Source: Paragordius varius
Lineage: Eukaryota > Animalia > Nematomorpha
Reading direction: 5' to 3'
Length of the DNA stretch: 64,000 nt
Assembly (NCBI GenBank): GCA_964247055.1
Contig: OZ176056.1
Coordinates: 4,278,001-4,342,000 of the forward strand
Position numbers and translations under genes: made by a program
The notes under the pieces: generated by a model
What the model saw: the letters and a program-made list of their open reading frames with translations, nothing else
The model's database searches: none
Told to the model about the DNA's origin: nothing
Shown: piece by piece, positions 1 to 26,688 of the stretch
How positions within the stretch are numbered: the first letter of the stretch is position 1
How the letters are laid out: the number at the start of each line of letters is the position of its first letter

Positions 1-25
1 GAGCTACATTCGTTGTCCAATCTTT

Positions 26-576
26 CTAATCATCTTTCGTTTCTGTTGTAAAACTATTTGGGATGTTCCAAGTGTCGTATCTGTATGTCTGTTTAACCTT
101 ATTTTTAATTATTTTAAGTTTGATTTTGGTTACTAAAAGCTTATGATCGCTAGAGCAATCGATGCTTTTGCTTGTTTTGGTATCGAGTATAGAGCTTTTC
201 CATTTTTGAGGACATATTATGTAATCAATTTGGGTCTTATATTTACCAAATGGAGAGGTCCATGTGTATAACCTCCTATTGTATTGTGGAAACCATGTAT
301 TGGTTATCATCATCTCATTTTCTTGGCAAAAATTGATCACTGCTTCCCCGGCCTCGTTTCGTTCTCCCAATCCATATGGGCCAACTATTTGATCTACTCT
401 ACCTCTACCAATTTTGCTGTTCTAATCATGATAATCATATCTCCTTTCTTCGTTTCATCCAAAACTATTTGCAACGTTGCATAAAAATCCTCTATGTCTT
501 CTTTGGAAGCGTTTGACGTAGGAGCATAGACTACTATGTATGTAAATTTAAGTGGCTTGGCATTCAGCCTACTCAT
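26..576 (-). mobile_element. Degenerate RTE-like non-LTR retrotransposon, AP-endonuclease domain fragment
   Basis: Two adjacent minus-strand ORFs (394-576 and 26-370) join across a frameshift into endonuclease motifs YIVVYAPTS..EDFY, GERNEAG..FC, NTWF, YTWTSP, QIDYI and SDHKLL, typical of RTE-clade LINE endonucleases. Confidence 0.85.
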
Positions 577-2419
577 GATTCTGGGTGTATATGGTGTATA
601 ACTAATGAAACTTTTTTTTAATTTGTTTTTATTAATACTGCAACGCCTTCTGATTGCTGGTCATCTCTCCTAATCTTAACAATGTATAATTTTCGTTTTG
701 CGCTTTCGCGCTACCTTTTTGCTTGGTTTGCGTTAGACCCAGTATATCTAAGTTCAATCTTTACATTTCCTTTTCAATTATTACCTGTTTGGTTTCTGTT
801 AATGACCTTAAGTTCCAGCATCCAACTTTGAAAAGTCGCGTTAAGTTCATATAGTAAAACTATTTGGCAGTAATAAAACGAGGGTGGTTTGCCATTGCTT
901 TTTTCATGTATGAAATCATGTGATTAAAAGCGGCAAGACATTCAAGGAGAGTATTATTTTACATTATTATATACTATAAATATATTTAAAAATATGTTTC
1001 CTTTAGTAAATATTAATCTTTATGTTTTGGAGAGTTTTTTATATTTGTTAATTTAAAGAGTAATATAATTTATAAGTCATTATAAATCATTGTTATACAT
1101 ATTATCTCTTTTCCTTCTCTCTACTCCTTGGTGCCTAATTATTTTTTTACTAGCCTAGCTATAAATTCCTTATATTTTTCTATTATGATTGCTAGACAGA
1201 GTGATATAATAATATTTATAATTTACACTAGTCGACAAATTTGGAAATTTTTAAGCACCACCACTAAAACTTTTTAAATTATGACTAATTTAAGTGTTTT
1301 AAAACCGAAGTTAAAATTTTTGATCCCGCCAATCAGAATTTTGAAATTATAGTTTTTTTAATTTTTCAAAAACAAGAGAAAATCGAGAGAAAATTAAATA
1401 TAACTTTAAAATAAAATGTTATTATATTATAAACTTAATATCATTTAATAAAGCGTTTTAAACTCTATCTTTTGAATATATATATGTCATTTAAATATCA
1501 GAGAGAAAAAAATAGTACGGACTTAAACGTCAAAATTTAGTCTTTTTTTTTCAAGTAAAATTTTAACACATATAAAAATTTTTTAAAAAAATACTAAAAA
1601 AGCCATTCTATGGTTTAAACCTTCGGCTTTCAGATAGGCTATATTTTTTTGTTAGATTTCGTTCTTTCGAGTACTTATTTGACTTTTTCTCTTGAGTTGG
1701 TTCTTATAAAAAATCCTTTATTTATACCTAGTGGATATACCTTATTTTTTTAAAATTATTGGTTGTTTTGTATTTTGAATTTCAGATGGATGTTGTGTAG
1801 CCACTTTTAGTAGAATTTATTGTTATGGGGTTGGACAATTTATATTTACCTAATTTATATTCAATTTAATTGTAGAATTTATCTAACTTTATTCTGTAAA
1901 TTGGTTGATTTGACATGTCAATTTGCCACGATTTTGCTTGCAAGTCTCTCTTATCGGACTTTACGATTACTTATTGTTATCTTTGCCATATCTGGCATAA
2001 TTATAGGATCGCTTGGGGGATATGCAGAGCTTGTGCAGCCGCCCATATCTATCACACTATACATAAGCCCCTTTTAGATTTTAAATACTTAGGCTCTTAG
2101 CTTGTTTAGTATCTTATTTAATGCCAATTTGTTATCCATGCATGGAATATTACTTGTATTGACTTGCTTGTTTGAATATTTAAACATATGTACACGAGGA
2201 ATGATTGTTATTTTTAAATTAAATACAAATTTAAAAATTAAATTTTGGAAAAATCCTATTAATGGCCTCAAATTTCTTTTTTGTTTTGGCCTTTCCATGC
2301 CATTAGGTATCAGAAAATGCAAAAATATTGGGGTGGTGCAAAACCTTGTTGAGCAGTGTTATCCAAATTAACAACATATATAAAGATTACTCTTTAATTT
2401 TATTTACTTTCAAGCCTAT

Positions 2420-3420
2420 TTAATTCATTCTCCACCTTAGACTGAAGAGGGATAAGTATTCTCCTGGCTGCAAATTTGGGGATACTCCCTTTTTTGAGAA
2501 ACAACTTGATAAGTGGTCCCGTGTCACCCATACCCTTACAAAACAAATCCTTAGATTTATTAAATCCACGTAACTAACATTTTTTACACATACAGCTCTG
2601 GCAATCTGCATTGAAAGTTTTTCATCCACGGTAACCCAAAAATATTACCCCAAACCTCCCTAGTAACCATACATTACAACTATTTAACCATACCATTCCA
2701 TTTCACATTTACCAAGCAATGTCCCATCACCTCAACACCTTGATGGTTGAACCCAACTATTGGACCCGCGGGTGCTAAGGTCGGCCTTCCAATCTAAATC
2801 CACGTGCTTTTCTCAATCAATGATATTTGAGCTCCGGTATCATACAGCATCCTCACTCAATGGCCATTCAGACTTGCATGTTTTCGGACTTCATTATTAT
2901 TATTATTGTTACCATTCAGTATATTAACTCGCCGGCAACACCGGCCAAATGACCACGTCTTTTGCATCGGTAACACTCTTTGCTTTGTTTGAAGCGGGAC
3001 ACCTGTTGATCGGATTGCATGCACGGATCCATATTTTCCACACTTTTTTCTTATCATCATAACCTGCCTATTGTCGAAACCCTGATCAATCAAACAACTG
3101 TCCGCCTTTTCCCATTGCCATTTCTACCACCATCTCCAACGTAACCGGTTTCCCATCAACCATTGCATCTGGAAATTTTGTGAACAGATCTATTTCCAAT
3201 CTTTTAAGTTGTAACGCTCCAACAAACTCTCTTTGATTCTTAGCTTTGCATCTTGCCCAAAGTTGCACCGGGCAGCACATTTCTTTACTTGAATCAAATA
3301 ATCCATCCCTGATTCCGTGGCTTCCCTTCGGAGTTGCGTAAACTGAAACCTGGCTGCAAACACATTGTGTGTCGGAACAAAATATTTTTTTCCAGCCACA
3401 ACCAAAGCATCCCAGCCCAC
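2420..3420 (-). mobile_element. Ty3/Gypsy LTR-retrotransposon gag-protease remnant
   Basis: Gag-like YFVPTHNVFAARFQFTQLRREATESGMDYL..CAARCNFG (3190-3420), a frameshifted Cys/His knuckle-like region near 2930-3040, and the aspartic protease motif VRMLYDTGAQISLIEKSTW (DTGA = reverse complement of 2830-2841). Stops and frameshifts are present; no RT or LTR was recognised. Confidence 0.8.
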
Positions 3421-4171
3421 TTCCTATAACAATACGGGATAGAATTTCTTAAACTTCGGAATATGGGATTGACCGATGTAGACCGATAATCATCAAAGTT
3501 GCGGGATCATAGGTTTCCAGACTTAATTTCTCCATGCGCGAATGTAATGAGGTAAAAAAATCGACCGCGCCAAATGTAGTAAATCGGGAAACTGTAAAAC
3601 AATCATAATTTATTCAGATATAAATGCAAATAAAAACTATATACAGTTTGCGATGTTATACTTTTGGATAATATTTACATGTTAAACCAAGGTAAAATAA
3701 CGTGTGCAGATTAAATATAAAATTGATACAATAGTTTTAACTCATATATAAAAGGTCATCAAAAATGTATTCAAATCTAATATATAAATTTGTCTCGTCT
3801 AAGGTTAGCTAATTAGATGTATTCTAATCTATCAGATAGTCATATTAGAATAACTAAAAGTTTAACAAATTTATTTAGTAAGGCGACAAAACATTGTTAA
3901 AATTAGACTTAAATTAGATATTATAGTATTATTGGATGATTAGGTTATGATAAAATCAGAGCTTTTAAATATTGCATAACTAATCCTAAAATGTACATGG
4001 CGAAATATAATATTTAAACCTACTTAAAACTCGGAAACTTTGATTTCAAACGAATTTGATAAAAATTAACATTATTTTTATAAACTTATTTTTTTGATCA
4101 TCTTTTTAGATTGTATTTTTAAAATTTATTTTTTTCTAATTCATTAAACTAAATATGGGCCTTGACTACAG

Positions 4172-4439
4172 TTTGATATGACAAAACCCGAGGGCCAAAT
4201 CAGGAAAATGGTCAGCAATGCCAAACTATTAAAACTCAACCCTGATTTTAAATTTACACCTATGGAAGAGGGTATTTTAATTAATTTAAATAATTTATCT
4301 GTTTTCTTATAAAATGTAAATATTTATATCGAAATTTCATATAATAAACTATAAACTGGTAAAAAAAAAATTTTTTTAAATAGCCATAAATGAAACATGT
4401 CAATGGCTCGATAACAATTACCATGTAGCCAGGAAGTAA
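4172..4439 (+). CDS. GFUS: GDP-L-fucose synthase paralog, copy A (only last two exons in window; may be 5-prime truncated)
   Basis: Exons 4172-4271 ([33 protein letters not shown]) and 4384-4439 (AINETCQWLDNNYHVARK*) have AG/GT boundaries and the same lengths (100 and 56 nt) and phases as exons 9-10 of copies B, C and D. The flanking introns align with those of copy C. Confidence 0.85.
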
Positions 4440-5439
4440 GATAATACCACTGCATAATAAAGAAATATGCAGCCTAAAACGGAACCAAAAAACCCTTTTC
4501 AATATATAAATTGTGCATATAAGAACTTATTTTTACGCCTAGCTTTCAAAAATAAAAATATTTTAAAAAACACTTATTTTTTTGGCCCAAATCCAAACCA
4601 ATTTGCAATGCTTTTATCCAATGCACCAAATTTATTATTTATGCAAAAGCAAAAATAAATTATTAATGTTAAATTTGAAGTAACCTATTTAAAGAGGGAA
4701 ATTTCCTATTTATTTTGCACGGCAATACTTTGAGTGGCTAACCCTGTCTGTAATTATATGATACTAAGTTACGTATGTAAATCCAATATTGTTACATAAT
4801 TGTTAGATTTCCCAACTGATAATCGAAAAAAGTAAAATAATTGAAATAGCCGTTCCAGAATTACTTTTGCCACAGATATTCAAACAGTTAAGAAACCTTT
4901 TTCATTTATTCATATGAAAAAAATATGATTAGTTTAGGAGACTCTCTCTAATAAAGACCGATTTTGAGTAACATATAAAATATATATTACATGATTTTCC
5001 TAAAATAGTATTTGGGTTAAAACTACCCGTTGAATTGAAATAACGAGGTGAAACGGACAAGAGCGGTTTTAAAACACGCGGGAAAGATTACGACGAAACA
5101 ATGATTTGCAATACATTGCTGTAATTGATTGTTTTACATCAGGGTTGTCCAACAGGGTACTCGCGAGCCACTAGTGGCTCACTGAAAATTTTGAGTGGCT
5201 CTTTGAAAATTTTGAAAATTTTTTAAAAAAAATTTCTATTTTTTTAAAAATATTTTTTATTAAATTATGCATTTTTATTTTGACATTTAAATTATTTTTA
5301 GAAACCTTTGATAAAATTCTTTATTATAAATATCTATCATCGCATTCATTTAATCATTTATAAAACACATTTTTTCCTGCCTGTTTTTAACTTATAGATG
5401 ATAACTTTCATATTAAATTAAAACATTAAATTACATCCA

Positions 5440-5650
5440 AAAAATAGGTATTAAAAATAATTTTTTTAGCTTTCATAACAATACTGGGAATTATAATTTG
5501 GGTTCATTGAAACATTAAAATCTTGAAAAAATAGGGATTTAAAATAATTTATTTAGCCTTCATACCAATACTGGGAATTATAATTAAGGTCCATTGAAAA
5601 ATTAAATACTTGCAAAAAGTAGGTATTTAAAATACTTTATTTAGCTTTCC
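5440..5650. repeat. ~87-bp tandem repeat (about 2.5 copies) inside the hAT element
   Basis: ATACTGGGAATTATAATT recurs at 5481 and 5568 with similar flanks; a third partial unit starts near 5614. Confidence 0.7.
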
Positions 5651-7576
5651 ATATGCATAAATCTAAAAAAGCAACTAGAAAATATAATTCCGATTGGGAA
5701 TTGAAATATAGGTTTACATAAAATTTTCAACAAAGCGGAGTGCCTTATTTGCAAATTTACGACAAACGGGTTGCGCAAATATAATTCAAAAAGACATGCC
5801 AATACCATGCATTTAGATTTTATTAATATGACTACAGAAATGAAAATAATAAAATTAGAATCTTTAAAAAATATTAATAATCTCCAACCAACAATTTCAT
5901 TCACGCAACCTTATGCGATAGTAAAGACAAGTTATATTGTTGCCAATTTACTCGCCAAAAAATAAAGCCTTATTCTGATGGTGAGTTTGTAAGGGAATGC
6001 GTACTGGAAATTAAAAAATGTGTTTTGCCTAATAAAGTTGAATTAATATCCAGTCAATACTATGTGTCGACGAATTACAGACATCGCAGAAAAAATTCAA
6101 CTTTCCCTAAAATTCAAAATTTTGTGGCGTTTTCCTTGTCATTTAATGAAAGCACGGATATAATCAACATATAACAATTGGTAGTCTTTATTCGAGGGAT
6201 ACATGAATTTTTTAATATAACAGAATATATGTTAGGCTTACTTTCGATGAAAAATACAACAAGAGATGATATGTTTTATGTAATTTTAAAATATATTGAG
6301 GACAATAAATTAAATATGAGGGCGCTATCTTGACAACAGATGGTGCCCCAGCTATGACGGGAAAAAACAGGGAACCGTGAAATTATTGTTAAATAAGATG
6401 GAATCCGATGGTATTAATATCGACCACATATATATAATGTTGCATGATTCACCGTGAAAATCTCTACGCACATGCTCTGACAATGGACAATGTTACCGTT
6501 GTTATTAAAGTAGTTAATTTTATAAAATTTCATGTTTTGAAGCATAGGCAGTTTAAGGAGTTTTTAAAAGAAACTCATTCATAATATCGATATCTTATAT
6601 TTTTTTGTAAGGTGGTTTAGTCGAGGGAAATGTCCAAAACAGTTTTATTATTCATTAAAAGAATTAAATGTTTTTCTATTGCAGATAATTATGGTAGTGG
6701 AATTAACAATGAAGATTGGTTGTCAGATTTATGCGTTTCCGTAGATATTACCGAAAAACTAAATTAATTAAATGAATTCTTGCAAAAGCAGCATAATTTA
6801 ATTGTTGATGCGAATAAAGCGTTTTGTAAAAAATTGACGTTATTTCAATGCCATTTTAAAAAATTTAATGTGAACATTTTCCAGAATACGCTGATAAAAC
6901 CAACGATTTTTCAAAATATGCTGATCAAATTAACATTTTGTCAAAAACTTTTAATAATCGATACGGGGATATGACAAAATATGAAAAAATATTTATTTGT
7001 TGTACATTCTACTTTAAAGCTATCAACGCTCCTATTAATTTACAAATGAAATTACTAGATTTGCAATCCAATAATGAATTATTATTTGGGCAAACAAATA
7101 AAGTTGAATTTTATAAAAAATAAATAACGTTTGATACACAAAGATTAATTTGTGCCTTTAGGTCCATTTATCTTTGTGAAAGTTTTTTTCAAAAATGAAA
7201 TACACAATTCTTTATTAACTGATGAAAACTTGGAGAATGAATTGAGATGTGCTGTATCAAATATTGATATAAATCTGAATAAATCAAGCAAAAAGATATC
7301 AAACAAATATCCCATTAAGAATTTAATGCAATCAATAATATTTATTTCTTTTATTTTTACAAAATAAAAAAAGGTTACATTTTGGGCGATTAAATTTGCC
7401 ACAGCCTACTCTAGTCATACTATCGAATTGCAATAAGTTTACCATATCTATGTATTTTTATCTTTTTTTACACATTGATATAATTAGCAAAGCATTATTA
7501 TTATGTTTATTTTCTTTTTGATATGAAAATTAGCCCATCTATATGTTAATATAATAATTTTATTTTTTACCAATGT

Positions 7577-7579
<3 letters not shown>

Positions 7580-7617
<38 letters not shown>
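7580..7617. repeat. (AT)n microsatellite (others near 9207-9234, 36680-36707, 51478-51502, 58320-58342, 59680-59700)
   Basis: Visible dinucleotide runs. Confidence 0.9.
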
Positions 7618-7618
<1 letters not shown>

Positions 7619-8082
7619 CTAAAAAGTGGCTCTTTGGATTTTTGAGGTCGAAAAAGTGGCTCTTCAAGCCATTTGTGTTGGACACCCTTGTTTTACATGA
7701 ATACGTAAAAAGTAGATATTTTTAAAAATATTTATCTTATTTCCGTTAACAAAATTTTAAAAATTATTAAAAAATCTTAATTGTACTTAATCAATATAAC
7801 GATTAACAGGCTTAGAATTCCCGTTATAACGAAATTATGACACATTTATAAAAGTATCTTGATTTTTATGAATGTTTTAGTTGAAATATGCTATAAAACT
7901 ATGAAATGAATTTTGTATTATTTTATAAATTGCGCAGATGGCTGTAAAGTGAGTTAAATAAAGATGGAAAATTTAAGTAATACCTTAATCAGAAAAAATT
8001 ATACATGAAATATGAAAGTCTGACAGTCTAATAAGGAATCGGAGTCGCATCATTCATAACAATGGAACTCAAAAAATTTAAA

Positions 8083-8282
8083 GGGCTGCAAAAAATATTT
8101 ATCTTGTCTCAAGGGCCATATACCATATAATACCGAAAAAAATTTCATAGTGGTTTGACACATTTGCGCATATATTTCCAATCAAAATAAGTAGCCCCAA
8201 AAATTCAATATATATTCAAACAAGGCCAGTAAAAGCACTTTTAGCCGCATGCAGCCCGTGAGCCAAGGGTTGATTACTACTG
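8083..8282 (+). mobile_element. Short hAT-like MITE fragment (related copy at ~15851-16029)
   Basis: Both sites share AAGGGCC..ACCATATAATAC.GAAAAA.ATTTCATAG and a GC-rich GCCGCATG/GCGGGCC-type end. Boundaries are approximate. Confidence 0.4.
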
Positions 8283-9534
8283 ATTTAAAAGAAAATGATG
8301 TGGGAACCATAAATGGTTTTTACCTTAATTTATGAAAATATGTTTAAAACAACAACCCATATCCTCATCATATTTTGAATTTACCATCTTTTACAATTAA
8401 ATTATAAATAAGATTTTTCAGCTTAAATAATTTCTTTGAAACAATAATAAATTTGATAGTTGATTTCATGACAAAATTCTAAAAAGAAAATATTGTGTAT
8501 ACTGTAAACCCGTTGTTCTCAAAAGGAAAGCAACGCGCTCCAAGGAGGCTTCGAAACTAAGGGGGTGATGGTGAAATCACCCTAAATTTATGTTAATAAA
8601 CATAATGTTTACTATTATTTGATAATTGGTTTATTTAATATTAAATAAAATTGGAAACAAATTTTTAATAAGGATGTCAGGAAATTATCAAGATTTGTCC
8701 CCGATAAAAATATTTTTACAATCGAACAAATATCTTGATTATGATTTTATAATAAATTCAGTATCTTTGTTTTTTTGAAAGGCGGGTGAGGAGGGGGACG
8801 CAAGAATTTTTCCTCAAATTGTAGAGGCGTGAAAGAGAAAAAGCTGGGAACCACTGTAAACTGTTTTAAAAGGATACCTACCTTTTTAATTAAATTAAGT
8901 TTTTTTGACAATATTTTTATAACATTACCGTAGATCATTTATACTTGTTTGCACGTAATATTCAATGTGTAATAATCAGGGTATCATAAACATTTAACCA
9001 ACAGACAAACTGAAAACGTTTTTAAAAAATTAAAAATGAGCCAAAATCACAAACGGTTCTAATTCGTATCCTTGATAAAAATGATTATTAATATTACACA
9101 AAATGTAACAACCAACAATTTTTAATATTTTGTTAAAAACTGTACTAAGAAAGAAGTATTTTGGTTAGTAAAAAAACACTTTGCGTTTCAACAAGTAATA
9201 AGTGATTTATATATATATATATATATATATATATGATTGCTATATAATTTTCTCTAAAACTAAATTACACGGCAAATTAAGGTCAATTTAATCAAAAAAT
9301 AAATTATTTGGCATCCAAACAAATATTAATATCAGTGTGATATATAAGTCTTTGATATCACAATTCGAATATTATTATATATATTCACCTGTTAAGGACA
9401 CGCATAACGTAATGTAATAACGAAAGAAGGCCATTTCATATATTATTTTAATATATTATTAATATATATATTTGTAATTTCATTTAAATAATTATATCAT
9501 TCAATCTTCAAAAAATTTACTATTATTTGATAAA

Positions 9535-13997
<4,463 letters not shown>

Positions 13998-15408
13998 ATC
14001 AAAGGAATTTCCAGGATTAGCTTTTCAAATACAATTAAATATGCTAAAGAAATATAAATTTAATATCTTTATATTTATTGATAATTTTCATAAATTAATA
14101 TTAAATTTATAATGAATTTGTAATTTATCATAATGGGATTGAAATACCTCACACAGAAAGAAACTAATTTAAAAAAGATGAACAGTCGGTTTTTAAAATT
14201 TTTAGAAAAATTGTAATATGTGAATTCAAATGGCCAAAACTATCAAATATAGTAAATACCTAATTTCTAAGTTGGTGTTAAACTTCGACATTCATAAAAG
14301 TGTATGAAACAAAATGAATCTGTTTTTTGTCATATTAAAAATACCTCTTATATGTTTAAATTTGTATACGGATGTCTAGACAAAAGCATCAGTTACTAAC
14401 CGCCTCGCTTTTTCACACTATTCTTTGAATAAACACTAAACGTTTATTTGCATTGGACACCCATGATTAAGACTATTTGGCATTATTATAGAAATCACTT
14501 CAATATCCAGCAGTTTTTTATTTACCTAATTTAAATCGATCATCTATAAATTTTTTAAATTTACATGATGTCAAATTTTATATAATACATCACTTTTTAA
14601 CTTTTTAGTTTATGATCGTTAAAAGCATAAAAAGTTACCATTATACAACCAATTATTAGCTTTAAAGTAAATTTTCGGAAAACAGGTAAATATAATGATT
14701 AATATTTTCATACAATTATAAATGCTCCGTATATAGTTGAGTTTTTGGTTAGATACTGCCTGATGTTCTTATACTTCGTGAAATCCTTTTTAATTAAACT
14801 GCTGCGATAACATTGAATTGATTTGTGGTGTTATTGGAATCAAAATAATTAAATCAATTTAGAAACGAATCGCAAGATATATTTACGGTTATTTGTGTGA
14901 GCTGCTTTATTTTCTCTGCAAATTTCTTTGACTATAATATTGCCCCGGTATTGAATTGCATGGCAAAAAAATTATTTTGACGAAATCAGAGCGAAGCTTA
15001 TCAGGACCAGTTAGAAAAAGGTATATGAGAAAAAATGGATATTGGCATTATCAAAAAATCTCAACTAATATCATAAGAGGAATTTCAGATCATTGACAAG
15101 AAAATTGTTATAACAATCTCTTGACGCGCCTTTCAATCCATTCAATGCTCTGTTTGATAAATTTTATCAAAATTTACATTTCATGCATAATTAAGCTAAT
15201 CATTTTGCGAAAATAACTAATTGAATACATCAGATTTAGGATGTCTCAAAAAATATACATTTTTTATAAGGACAACTTGTGTAATCACAATAAAAGTAAG
15301 GTCACTCAATGTCTTATTATCAGAATAATAAAATAAATATTTTTTTTAATTAGTTTTTTTCCTCAAATATTTATCGTTTTCACAAAATATCTCAAAATAT
15401 ATTAGAAA

Positions 15409-24434
<9,026 letters not shown>

Positions 24435-24679
24435 TCGGGAAAAAAACGCACTTTCTAAAAACCTTTTATATATATTTACCTGAAAAATAATTGTTCACTA
24501 TTTAAACAAATTGTTGATTTTTATTTTAATCAAATATTTATACAAAATTTAGATTTTGAAAAAGATAAAATTGTTAAATTATTAAATTTATATTTATGGC
24601 TATATTACACTCAGTTTCATTGAATTGTCATATTTGAATGTTTTTATATTGCACATATCAAAATTCATAAATTCATGTA

Positions 24680-24964
24680 CAGTTAAATTAAAATTATACG
24701 GACCAAATGTAAAAATATAAAGACAAATTTTTTTAAAACGACAACCATAATATTTTAAACCTTAATTTATCCTATAATGAACATTTATTTTCAATCGTAA
24801 AATACACTATTGATTGTTACCAATTTACATATTTATATTAATATTTGTATTTTAAAACAATGAATTATATAAAAAAAACAAGATTAAAAAAATATGGTTG
24901 TCTTTTGAAAAAATATTCGTCTTTACATTATCACGTTTTGTCCGTATAAATTTGATTTTTACTA
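24680..24964. mobile_element. Tc1/mariner-type MITE family A (~285 bp)
   Basis: ~70-bp imperfect TIRs containing ATTATACGGAC.AAA.GTAAAAATATAAAGACAAA and GACAACCATA. Further copies at ~21455-21696, 42380-42640, 49430-49715, 49945-50189, 53285-53569, 54120-54379 and 57067-57345. Confidence 0.8.
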
Positions 24965-25974
24965 TACATTTACATCACAAATATTTCATTTATATGACAT
25001 ATCTCAATCTTATAAATATATAGTTTTGCTTATATCACCAAAAAATCAATTTACCTAGCATTGAATAAATTATTAAATATAAAATGGGTAAAACTTTGGA
25101 TTGACCTTAGGAAAAAAAATATTGTTTATTATTTAGTATAGGTTTATTACCTTAATTATTTTAACAAGGAATATCCAGTACAAATGACTCCGGGCCGCAT
25201 TTATAATATAAAATAAACCGGCAGATTTACAAATACAAATATAAACACATGAGCGTTAATTAATATTTTTTATCATAATATAATGCCATCATTTATATGA
25301 CTAATTTTTGGTAGTCACTCGGGTGCCAAATACAGCTTTATAATTAGAGGTTTTACCTTAGAAAACTGATATACCTTAAATTGTCATACATTACCGGGCT
25401 AACAATATAATATAACCTTTTTGTAGAAAAGGGTAATTAAATGTAAACATTAAAAAGTTTTGTAGTATTTATTAACAATGATTTTCCAGAGAGATTATGG
25501 ATGCAAGTATTGGATTATAATTTGATTTAATATGTTATACAAAAAATTTCCTAACTGCATAAAAAGTGAAGTGCCGTAAGTTCTACGTTCCTGTTGTAGG
25601 TGATATTACTGGGGTAATTTTACACCCAGAACTAAAGATTATATATAATATATAATGTTTGAAAAGTTGTTTTGGTCAACATTTTATTGTTAAACATTGT
25701 TTCTATTATAAAATAAAAAAGACTAAATTTTTACAGATTTCTAAATTTTAGAGTGCGTTAAAACCAACCGTTGATTTCAAAACCAATAATTATATATGTT
25801 AGCCGCTAAAATGCAATTTTAAAGCTTTAATAAATATTTAAATAAACCTAATATACGAATGCATGTTGCATCAAAGATATAAAAAAATGAAAGAAAAATG
25901 GCGGCATAAAAAGTTTAAATAAGGATCAGTTTGACACTTTGCCAATTGATAATTTTGATAAGCTAAGGAAAAAA

Positions 25975-26455
25975 AACGGCACTTTAAATTTTTGCTTCTA
26001 TCCTAATAAAAATTATATAAATAAGCCGAAATATCTAAATAAACTTTTAAGTTTTGAAAAATAAATTCCATAAACTCGTCAATGCCATTTTTATTTTACA
26101 ACATTTCTGCAAACGTGTGTATTTATTTGCTAAAATTTAAGCTAATTTTTTTATTTAAATCTTATCGAACATTGATAGAAACTGAAAAGGTGGTTTATTT
26201 TGTATTATGATTTAGCTAATACACACATGCCATGTTGACTAAAATTTTTTACCTTGGGTTTTACCTTAAAATGAGTAATATCAAGAATTATAATTTTCTT
26301 TTATGTTTCGGTTTAGTGCATATAAGTGAAAACTTTCATGGTTTCAATTAATTCCATATTTTTTGAAATATTTAATTTTAAATCAGCCTAAGGAATCCAA
26401 CGACCTCAATTTGAATAGAAGGACTGAAATGAATGTATTGTTTTTAAGTATTAAA
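25975..26455 (-). mobile_element. Degraded piggyBac-type MITE copy
   Basis: Collinear with the family core (GCTTCTATCCTAATAAAA, CCATTTTTATTTTACA, GAATAGAAGGACTGAAATGAATG). Another partial copy lies at ~12517-12770. Confidence 0.7.
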
Positions 26456-26688
26456 AATATTAGATTATTATATTATCGCAATATCGTACGATTTTTTAAT
26501 ATATAAAGATATTGGTATGGAAATCTATACTAAAGCTGATTTAAAATTAAGAATATTAAATGCTCTCCCAATTTATAGATATTTATAATTGAATGTTATT
26601 AAATACTAACATAATATAATAGATATGGATGACGGATTTTCACACAAAAGAATTAAAGTATTTTTTTGCACTTATAATTATTACAAAA

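Larger units (their letters stand above)
5140..7690 (+). mobile_element. hAT (Charlie/SPIN/GTF2IRD2-like) DNA transposon with decayed transposase
   Basis: Termini CAGGGTTGTCCAAC and GTTGGACACCCTTG, with a perfect 8-bp TSD TTTTACAT (5132-5139 and 7691-7698). The internal broken ORF (~5900-7260) reads SYIVANLLAKK..KPYSDGEFVREC, ESTDI, QLVVFIRG and TTDGAPAM across stops and frameshifts. Confidence 0.9.

Noticed and set aside
1820-2371. Hydrophobic ORFs that look like membrane-protein fragments
   Set aside because: No recognisable motif or consistent splice structure; they overlap in several frames next to a decayed retroelement.
14740-15200. Slightly GC-richer block upstream of GFUS copy C, possibly a transposase relic or regulatory region
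   Set aside because: No motif or terminal repeat could be established by eye.
25140-25720. Candidate exons for the missing RNPC3 second RRM
   Set aside because: No frame gave RNP1/RNP2-like motifs (e.g. GRMKGQAF-like); only a weak KPLII resemblance was seen.
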